Assembly: GCA_002633005.1 (NCBI GenBank)
Contig: NMRA01000002.1
Span: 2,136,656 to 2,200,655 of the forward strand
Direction of reading: 5' to 3'
DNA: 64,000 nt
Origin: Phoronis australis
Taxonomy: Eukaryota > Animalia > Phoronida
In this document: piece after piece, positions 53,596-64,000 of the stretch
Layout of the letters: each line of letters starts with the position of its first letter
How positions within the stretch are numbered: the first letter of the stretch is position 1
Notes under the pieces: model-generated
Databases searched by the model: none
Told to the model about the DNA's origin: nothing
What the model saw: the letters and a program-made list of their open reading frames with translations, nothing else
Made by a program: the position numbers and the translations under genes

Positions 53596-55966
53596 AGAAT
53601 CCACCACTTCCTCTACCGCAAACTTTTAGTTCATGTGTAAGCCGCTAGGCACGTTTTTAGTTTTGAAAGTATATGAAGGTGTCCCTCAAGTGCTTCCACG
53701 AACCAGTTTGCGGGGCAATGACCAATGGAAGAATGTTTATGGATAGACCTAGGATGTGCGAACAAATTTTAAGAAGCTTTCGAATAGGCTTTTCAGTTTT
53801 TGATTTAACAGTGACCTAATATTATGTATTCTTAACTTTTTAAACGAATAGTTTTTGTAACTTCATTACATTTAAAAATGTTTCAAACAGAAAGAATTAA
53901 TGAGGGTCAACATTTTTAGGAGCACAGTTCAGTCTGTCATACCCATACATCATTTTACCCAATGAACGTTCGCAACTGACCGTGGGTCAGAGGTTCAAAG
54001 GCCACGGATGATGACACATCTGTCTGTGGATTGTAACCAAAATGTTTAACCCCCATACATGTACAATTTCAAGGCTGATAGGAATAATTCATGTGATTTT
54101 TAATAGCGTTTTCTGATTTTGCACTTTTTAAGGGCTAGTTAGCTCTTATTTATAAGCGATTCTTCAGAACTAAGGGTTTGAGAATGTGTGAAGCTGGCAA
54201 ACCGAAAATTATTGTTTCGTTTAGTTAAAGCCTGCATCAAAGGAAATGTATCGTTGTCTGCAATACAAAAATGTAAAAAAATATCAACATCACTCGGTGC
54301 ATTAAAAAATTGATAAATTCTTATTAAAAGTTATTTCAAAATAGGTCTTGTGCGAAATTTTTTGACACCTACTAGTATCTGTACATACATGTACCATTCT
54401 GTAGTATTCAGAATTTAATCACGCTTGCTACTTGGTATTGAGTGTTTTATTGGTCACAATTCGCATTGGTTGCATTTCGGCGCCATCGAAAACATGCCTG
54501 AACTGAAATGCATGCTCTACCGATTACTTTTTGTGGCTGGTGAATATTCAATTAGGATATATTCGTAGACTCGTTGCTATAAGAAAAACAGTTTTTTAAA
54601 ATTTTCTTTTTTGTTCTAAGACGTTTAGGAATATTCTAAATACACCAAAATGAAGTGCCCATTCAACTGACATCGCACTGCACTAAACTTAGTTGAAATT
54701 GTTTTGAAATCGTTTTTGTTTGATAGTCGATTTTTTCAAGATATGGTTATGTGTCATTATAAGACACATATATTTTCTAAATTCTGTTTAAATTGCGCTT
54801 TTGATTCATGTTTTATAACTTATTACTTCCTGGTTCAAGTTACATCAAAGCAAAAATGTGAAGAATCTTAATTGATTTACAGTAACAGGCTACATTTGGG
54901 TCATGAAGTGTGAAGCTTACTCAAATTCTTGATCCTTGCAATTTCACATTAGGTCACGTGATGTGGCGTGCAGACCATACATGTACTTAAACATGTTTGT
55001 GATCAATGTGAACGTTTTTACCGTTGTTTAAACCGTTCTAAATCAAAATCACTAAAACTAAATGCATAACAAAAACATGTGCATTTGTAAGCAATAATCG
55101 TCTGCACATATACGAGAAGTTTATGCGCGTGCATGCAAAACATTTGAGAACTTTTCCTTGAAAAGAATTACTAATTCGGATAAGGACGTTGTAGGCGCAT
55201 AATTATACTTAAACGAGGAAGAATCAGTCAATATGCCTGGTCGTTGACGCTCTTAACAACGTTGCCACCGTCGACTGTGAGTAAAATGAGATGCTGTAAA
55301 ACTTCTTTTGATACACAAAGCTCATATTTATAAGTCTTTTCTGAATACAATCATTCAGACATTTCCAATTAATTTCCAATTTCAGGAAACTGTTTCCCTG
55401 TTTCTGCCAGTTCACTGTTCATACATTACAGACAATGTGTATGTTTACAGTTTACCACGACTTTTTTGAAGCAAAAAGTGAATCTCGGTGTCAGAAATTA
55501 AAACATGTATCCAAACATTGTATAATAAATTGATATGCATCAAAATAACTATTCCCAATAAAGATGAGATGGAGCGTCAGTCTTTAGGAACTGCCTATGA
55601 ACGTCGTCACCAATTGATCACGTGTTAGAAACTTGAAGGAATTGTCAATAGACTGCCACACGACGTGCAACGAGTAATCCATCACCAATATATCTGCAGA
55701 AAACGAGTCAGCGTCAACAGGCTCGTTCCAACGAGCCCATTTGCGGATTTTTCCAAGCTTTCACATAAGTAAATATAGGTAAACAAAACTGTTTTATTCG
55801 ATCACTCGTAAACTTTTCGAGATGCAAGAAAAAAAAAACAAAATTCCTCAAACTTAGGACCCCGATGTTCGGAGTTAACAACGCAATGGAATCGCCAATT
55901 AAATTCAGATTTAATCTAATTCTATGTTATTTTGCCATGCCCTATATTGAAATAGATAATCCCAAT

Positions 55967-58900
55967 CTACAGCCTGTCTTCAGCTTCAACTGCTTTGTGC
56001 AAAGCAGGATTACTGTACGCCATTTCTTCAGCATCACGTTTCTTGTAACTCGGCACCGCGTACAAGTTAGTGGATTCATTATCTGATCGTTTTTCATTCT
56101 TCTTGTCAGACCTACAAAAACAGTGCAAATAAAACGGAAACAAAAAAGAAACAGCCGGATTATCCATTGCCTCTTTTGCAGACCATGGTTATAGAGAGCT
56201 CATTCATGTACGCTGTCAGGTGAGAAGACATCGGACGTCTGATGCACCAGTTGTACATGTAAACTACTTCACACGTGGATCGTAAAACGTCTGATCTGGT
56301 TAATTATTGTTTTTCCAAATCAGACGGCAGGCCAGTCTTCTTAAAATAAGGCTCCACAAATTAATGACCTCATTGTTAGAGTCTGTGTGGTCGTGACGTA
56401 CCAGATTGTCCTGAATACCAACATTTCTGCATGTTAGTGTTATGCTAATTGCTCGGTCGATGTGAGATGAGATGCAGTTCGATCATCCACTTCAAAAGGA
56501 AACTAAACCTTGTTTTCGTGATTTCAACTGATCCTCCCTCTGTCACCTGCTAATGCATCATAGGCGTCAATTGCGACAAAAAGGCGGAATCGTCTAAAAA
56601 TTTATACTCCCTATCTTACAAATTTGACGCCATGGTCCTCGGTGGTAGTCCTTTCCACAACTGCCGTGTAATTTGATAAAAGCGAAGGCCACGCTTGCGC
56701 GTTTAACAGACTTTGAAAGAAGTTTTCAAACTTTCCTCCAAACATTTGAGGATTGTCGTTGTTACAGAGATTTATTTTTCCAGAGAACTGGATGGGAAAG
56801 CGGTTTTACTATCTGTTTTAACGGATGTGGAATGTTCACAAAAACGCAAACAGTTAGCTCAGGTAAGTCTAGGACTGTGTCCAAAAGTCAAATTAATGCA
56901 TGGAACTGGCCGTAATTCGGTGCACCATAAAGACAATAAAGTTAGGCCAACCTTCTGATGAACTTCACATTTTTGTAGTTTCAATGATTGCAAAAAGGTA
57001 GTTTTCATTTAATTTTAAACGTAGCATGATCACTAAGCTGGGGTGCGATAACAAAATATGACAAGTCTGGGGCAGTGGCAAAAAGTAGTCATTTACAAAA
57101 ATAATAAAATTGTTTTTTAAAGCTTTATAAATCCAAGTATCGTGTTTGAACATCTTCAGGCGTAGTATATACTAGAGGTTCACATCAAAAACTAATTCAA
57201 CTGTTTATTTTTTCATGGCAACATCTCAAATGAGGCTTTAAATTTAGTAACCTAGTGCCAGCCCCTCCCTGTAGTTGAACGCCAGCCTAAGGTAGGCGAG
57301 TAACAAAAAGGTGCCTGTGCTACGAAACAGAAGGATGTACATTATAGGTCGAAATAAATGAAACATAAGAAAAATGTCGTTTAAAACAACTTTCCGGACC
57401 GCTAGACTAATGTGGGATCAAGCAGATGCCGAGACGAAGGCGCCCCGAAAAGAGTGAAACTCTGGAGTCAAAATCGAATAGGCCTACAGTATAGCCACCA
57501 AACTAAAAATTACGTATCTTTTAACAAATATATTTGTTTTAACCTTCCAGTAATCCATCAAACCTTGCAAAGTTTAGCTGCTTGTGTAGCCATCCAAACG
57601 AGTTGATCCATCGTTTATACAATTGACAACACTTTTCGGCGTAGGGAATACCCAAAAAATGACGGAATGTTCTTCTCGAGCAGAATATAGGGTGTCAGAA
57701 CTACACAGGCCCTATCAACATCGTTTCACCATCCTTATCGCACATTTTTTTAAGCTATAGACTAAAGTAAGCTTTACCGACAACGACGTTGTTTGTCGAA
57801 TAAAAATGGCGGCTTGGAATCGCACACGAAGGTGTGTTCTGATTGGTCAGTTAAGCCATCAGTCATAATACTGGCGATTGGTCAATTATACAAGGCATGG
57901 AGACCTACCTGCCAAAGTTGTTGCCGTCTTGTATACTTTCAGGCAACTCCTTTCCGGTTGTCTCTGGGAGAATGAGAGAAAGGAGTCCGGCGGTGATAGT
58001 AAGTCCTCCAAACACGATTTGCGGCAATGCCACGCCGAAAGGTCCTCCGAGTAATTTGCCCTGTTGTAGTTCAAGTATTTCAATTAACATGTCTTAAGAC
58101 GCCAAAACAGGGAACTTTGCATACGCATTTTAAAGGCGTAGTTCAGGACCTTTCTCAACTTTCAAATTTCATCATCTTGAAATAGTAGGCCTCAAAAGCA
58201 GTTTTCACCCACTCCCTCACAATATCGTTAATTCCGTGCACATATGCAGAAGTAGATGCTGACGATACTTCCCGATCGTGAAGCGACAACCCCATAACAA
58301 ATATAACAGACAATCACACTTGTTGAGCAGATCACTGTCACCCGGTAGACTATTATAAAGTCAACTGCACCCGCACATATGTTTGAATTCGCAGTTTCCG
58401 CCCACGTTGACTTACTGGAATTGATTTCTTGAGAGTGGGTATGAACATGTTGACACATTGCTGGCCAACTTCAGAGCGTGTCAAGATTGGTTCAATTTGA
58501 AGGTATAAACCTTTCAAATTCACAGGTTTAAATCTTTTGAGTATACTTAAAAGGGAAGAATTAAAATTCCAATAGCTCCATTATTTTCATCGTTTGCGTT
58601 TTTCACGTACCCTACAAGTTACAATGCTTCCGACCTGTAAAGTAGTCTTTTAAATTACATGTACAGAATACCGAGCAAGTACAAATACACAAAGAAACGG
58701 ATTTAATCATTTGCGTCATCAATCCAAACATTTTCATAGTAATTTGCTCCAGAGACCATTAAACACGTGGCCAGGTTACTTTGGATTATCGTCCGCATGG
58801 AATTTCGAAACCATCATACGAAAACACTTGGTTCATCTATAAGATCGGTCAGCAAGATGCTCAAGCTTTGAAAATCTGACAAAACAATTACCGAGCTTCA

Positions 58901-61900
58901 GTGTGCAAGAATTTCTCAGCATTTTATACTCACCGAGTCCGCAATTGGAGCGCATAACATACCACCGACACGGGCGAAAGTCGAGCTCAGTCCCATCAAC
59001 CCATTCCTACAAATCGTAGGGAAGATCTCGGCAGACCAGAAGTAAATGATGGCAAATCCAACGGAGGCGCCAAATTTCCCAGTCATTGAGAGGGCGATCA
59101 ACCACCCATTGTTTGCTGGAAATATATAATATAAAATTTCCACAAGTAAGTCAAGTACTGGAAAAGTGCCGGAGATGAAAAAACGTTAGGACCTGGTAGC
59201 ACCGATTTTACACAAAGGTCAATGTGGACCGCTCTTCTTCAAAACTTCCTGTGTCAAGAAACGCAAAACCAGAATTTTTACATTCGCATGGCGGTTTACG
59301 CCTGTGGCTGCCAAATCCAAGTTATTCCTCTCTAACTGTACCTACGCTGTATAATTCAAGGGATTGAGAAAAAAACTTAATGAATTGAACTTTTACTCAC
59401 AATCGAAGTAAAGCACAATGAAAATGGTGCTGATACATGCGAGACCTCCTAGCACCATATTGCCGGTATGTGGGTATTTTCTGCCCAGCCATTTACATGC
59501 GAAGCAGAAAGCATAAGCGGGCACTTCGACGAGTCCCGACAACATGAAGTTGACAAACACATCTCCTCCCAAGTTACCACTATTCAGAGATAACCCGTAG
59601 TAGACCATGGAAACCACCATCCTGAAATAATGAAATAGTAAGGATTTAGCTTTTGTCATGTTTGTGCGCGGAGACTTAGGCACTGAATTAGTTATTAACT
59701 CGTGGAATTCCATTTTGTGCAGATATAGAGTCAGTCAAGGAACAGTTGAATTCCTCCGGAGGTTATATAATATAACCATACACTTGTTTGATGCAGCCCA
59801 AACAAAAACAAATATTTCCTACGCGTGAATTCATGCAGACGTAACGCCACAACGTGGTAAACTCACTGCAAAATAACGTAATGAGATCTAATCTACCTGT
59901 CTGTACATTCCAGTGAATTTTTTGTGGATTCCGTCTTCGCATTGATTCCAAACAGAAGCGTCTTGACTGCAAACAATGGGTACTTCAAATACCCGAAACT
60001 TGTGCATACGATGAAAAAGAGTTCTTCGAAACTGGCCTTCGAAAGTATTTTAAATCGTCTTTGATATCAGGTTCCCTGAAATTTTCGTGCATCCTCTGCA
60101 AATATCAGGTTTTGGTCACGTGACTTTCGACATGCTGCTTCCGACTTTTGCTTTACTTGCTCCAGAAACTAACTGACTTATCACGTGAGTGACACCGTTT
60201 CTTCAAACTCACCAATTGAAAAAGATAACGAGGCTGCGTATAAGCAGTGTAGGTGCATGAATGAGCTCCTTCAGAATTTCTATAAGACCCATTGATGGAC
60301 TCTTAGTGGCCTCTGCAGCTGGCATTTCGTCGAACATTTTCTCGGGAAGTGTCACACGATTTTCCTGGGACAATAGAAGGGGAAACGCTTCACTAAACTG
60401 TTAGAGCAGATAGCCTTAACGACAATACTAATGCTTTTTACGTAGAAGGCTATTGGAAAGAACGAGATAGATGCCATTTTCTTTTGACAACTACATATAA
60501 GATACCATGAAAACACAATGGGATACACAACTCCCGTCATGCGAACAATCCCATCATAACACCCTGAGAATAAAGATTATATTACAAATGGGCAATCCTG
60601 TACATAAATTAGACTTGGTATCGATGACGGTGCCAACATCACGGTCAGATGAAATAGGTCTAAGAAGCACATGAAACATCCGGCATTTTAAGATAAACTA
60701 TAAGCTAATTTCACCGTAAGGTCTTGCATGCACTTGTTTCGAAAAACATGATACTGTAGTATAAGATGCACTTGTTGGTCTTATAGCTTTTCACAGGAAA
60801 GATGCAAACAATCACTGCTTATGCAGGTACAATACATGGCGCTTACAAATCTTGGATTTCTGGGTTCGCAGTATTTACATGTAGCCTGTGTTGTTCAAAA
60901 AGTGCTTACCTTGGCTGCGCGGCGTATTATTTCCTCGGCTTCTTCTTTGCGACCTTGTGCCAGGAGCCAACGCGCTGACTCAGGAACAAAGCTTTAATAT
61001 CCTCAGAAACACACTTAAAGTTAGTCCAAGACGCCACCGTTTGATGGCAATACTATTTGAGATTTTAAAAACTACATGTATTCAAAGTCCTATTAATTAA
61101 AAGTGATAACTGTCAAGAAAAAATGACTTCTGACATGTCGTAGTTAACTTTCTTGAAGAAACTGAGTTTTTGGAACTGCAGTTGGCTAATATTAATTAAA
61201 GAAGGATTTTGCTTAAAACTTCTGTTAGTATTTAAAACATGTTGATGTAACATACTAAAATTAGTAGCCAATCAAATGTCGATATTTTTTAAGAATTAAA
61301 CTCAATAAAGTTGAGCGAAGAAGTCTGTTAAGAAAGAAGAAAGACAGTTCTTGGACACATACACATGTACCATGCATAACAGAGACACAGAAAGGACGGA
61401 GCGGAATAGGACATTGAAGCCAGGTCCATTCTCTTAGAAGGTATCCGAGACCCGTTGAAACAAGTATGCCAGAGGCGAAAAAGAACTCTATAACGATCCC
61501 AGCAAAAAGTCGCATTGATAGAACCATTAGTTCCATACCTGAAAATGAAAAGATGACTAGAAAAGCTAGAGATCTTACGAAACAATCACCTTCTTGGCAA
61601 ATGTTCGTTTTTGCTATTGGAAATCAGAACTTACAGTTTCGATATGGTTACAGTTCATTGCCTTAACATGTCATTATCACTATTAAATAGACTTGGTGAT
61701 GGTACATGTATTTCAATGTTTCCGAAACATTGCCGTTGCAAAATATGGGCTCAGAGTTTTGACGTGTTTTGCCTGTGACCGTGGAGGACAGACTGTATTC
61801 GAGACCATGTGCCGGGATCTTAAATGTATGGGCGGGTAACTGCTTTCGATGGGGCTTTGATTTGGAGAAACAGAATTGTTTTCGGAAGATTTCATCTGCA

Positions 61901-62469
61901 GCGCTGCTGTCTTTTGTCAAATGCATTTTGAGACGGTTGTTGGGTTGTAAACATCCAGTGACGTTACAAATAACTTGGTGATTCGTGAACATCATGGCGG
62001 AAACCAACATTGCTTACTTGAGTTCACCACAATTGATGTGAGCATGCTCATTCGATACAAGTCGTCATTTTCAGTACAACGTTATTAAGTACATATCTAA
62101 CGTCACTAAGAAATGGAGTGACTTTTTATCGGACGAGCATGGATGTGAATATAACAGCCATGATGTTTACCGGCCTCTAACCGTCCAGCAATGCATTTGA
62201 TAAACGACCGTCAGAACTGAGTGAGATAGTTTTGCCTTGGATGACATCCCCCGAATTAGCATACGTCTAGCAGGGCTACACACGCTTTGATTTAGCTTAC
62301 CATATACCGATAAAGTATATAACGGCGGTAGCGGACGCTATGAGCTGTATCATACTCCAGTCACGTAAGCCGTATGCCATGCCAGAGAGGATCGGGTAGG
62401 AAGCGGCAAACAGACCAAACCGAAATAGGGACGTGTTCACGCGAACGTTTAAAGCAAATGTCTCCATCA
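55967..62469 (-). CDS. SLC22-family transporter, paralog C (3' part; exons 1-4 beyond window end), intact frame through exon 5a
   Basis: Minus-strand exons 62469-62301 (5a), 60991-60910, 60364-60213, 59621-59401, 59115-58934, 58060-57909, 56111-55967. Sizes and phases match A/B. Ends AVEAEDRL*. Confidence 0.88.
61371..61538 (-). pseudogene. Frameshifted alternative exon 5b of paralog C
   Basis: 168 nt instead of 169. A 1-nt deletion after W-L-Q (CAA-TG-TCC) breaks [33 protein letters not shown]. Splice sites are still present. Confidence 0.8.
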
Positions 62470-63247
62470 CTAAAACAGTATGTGAGTGCAAATTATGTAA
62501 TTTTGCTGCAGCACTTCAAATTTTATAATTTCTTAGACCATCATATTATTTTCTTCAAAACTACAAAAGCACCACATTGATATCTACCGAATAACTACCA
62601 CTCGTTTGCAAATGACGAGTTAGCACGAATCTTCCATTAGAGACATATAGATTATTACATGGCGAAGTCGTTATCCCGCGTTATCTAGAGCCCGAGTGGA
62701 TTTTGGAGATTTATAATTCTCCAAAATCTATTTATACCACATACTAAACGAGAAACATTGCACTGAATCGATCTACCTTTCTCGACTCGCCTCGGCTTTG
62801 TAACTACTTTCTATGTCAGAGGCCTGGGGTCGGAGGTCGTGACCTTTTAAGAAAAGCCGAGCTATTTTTGTCAAATAATGCTTATACTCAAAACCAATTG
62901 GAAATTTAAACAAATAAGAAATGAAATGAATCTATGAATTAACGTTTAACAACTATTATAGCTTACTACACATTTTATCACGCCAAGCTTCGACCAGGAA
63001 AATATCGTCTGCTAAAGTAGGTTACCACTAGTAACTGACTATAATGCTCAAGTCAAAGGATCCCGACGACACGATACCCGTATTCAAATTGGAGATCGGT
63101 GATTTACTAGTGAGAGAACACGAGAGAAAAATTTCACTGAATTAAAATATCGTTTTTATGGAAATTATGCGTCATATTTTTCATAGCGTATAAATGTCGG
63201 TGCAATGCCCTTTGCTGAACATGCGATTGTTGCGCGTGCTCATTTAA

Positions 63248-64000
63248 AGTGTAAATTGCAAGGTCTCAACCAATCTGAACAACAATATGCTCGAAATTCG
63301 TGTTTATAATTATTCTTGCTATATTCTTAACCTTAACTGAATTGTACGTCGCTATAAAAAGTTATTTACATATTTGTTGCCGTGGCGTTGTAACGCCATT
63401 GTTGTAACGGAAAATAGAAACGGCGCCATTTTCCTTCGTTACACATCTGTGACGTGGTGTTGGGGAACACAAAGAAAACAATATGGATCCCAGTGAGTAC
63501 AGCAGCGTAGATGAAGAATATTTTGAAAGATACAGGGAGGGCCAGGTGGAGTTTTCAGACGATTCTGAGGTTTCGGATGTGGAGGAGGAGGCGACAGACC
63601 CCATAGGAACAATTTGTGCTCCCACCTTCTCTCTAGTAGAACTGTTTTCCCTCGATCCCCTTGCCCCAGCCGGTTCGTGCAGTGAATATCAACGGGCAGA
63701 AGGTGCGCAGGAGTTGCGACAGAATGTTAGTGACTGGTAAGAATATTATAAATATGCATCATACTACCGCGAATTACTACTTGGTCTTTTTTAATTTTAA
63801 GTTCAGTAGCTTTACCGGTCACTCCCAGGCGCTCTCGTCCCCACTGATGAATCATTTTTCAGCCGTGGATAAGTACCAGTTTCAGTGATAAAAAATGGGA
63901 CTCGTTGCACTTACGCAAATCACTCAACAATGTGTGGTCTTTCATTATTTGTAGACAGTGGCGCATTGGTTTGGGCCCCGGACTCTTGTTTGTGAGACTC
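63248..64000 (+). mobile_element. Left end of a probable Kolobok-like transposon with first exon of an acidic KolX-like ORF (63483-~63736)
   Basis: Homology with the repeat at 36515-36662 stops exactly at TTAA (63244-63247) and the new sequence begins AG. The ORF MDPSEYSS...RQNVSDW is followed by a gtaag donor, as in the R..N.DW|C.C..C P2X7-tail/KolX family. Confidence 0.55.

Noticed and set aside
1-64000. CRISPR arrays, operons or rRNA genes
   Set aside because: None seen. The DNA is eukaryotic with spliceosomal introns, and the repeats are microsatellites, TIR elements or paralogous exons.

Overview
AT-rich, intron-containing animal genomic DNA, probably from a marine invertebrate (taxon not determinable). 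Genes were reconstructed by hand from GT-AG sites. (1) The 3' part (10 exons, 102-7198, +) of a gene joining an RWD-domain C-terminus to a Ygr210-type OBG-family GTPase with a TGS-like tail. It has one in-frame TAA that overlaps a cryptic, frame-preserving splice donor. (2) A cluster of three SLC22 (organic cation/anion transporter-like MFS) paralogs: A 10000-22388 (+), B 31425-50870 (+) and C 55967->62469 (-, 5' part outside the window). The cluster has two tandem, equal-length (169 nt) versions of exon 5, which the paralogs have reciprocally kept or lost. (3) Many transposon remnants: two Kolobok-like TTAA elements, a split THAP element, a degenerate APE+RT LINE, a CA..TG element with an 8-bp TSD, Harbinger-like MITEs, a Sola2-like fragment and tRNA-derived SINE heads. 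(4) A strong excess of TACATGTA/TAGGCCTA palindromes that paralog alignments show to be 6-bp insertions at TA. A 1.55-kb duplication around the N at 15083 is most likely an assembly artefact. Family assignments come from motifs recalled from memory, not from database searches.
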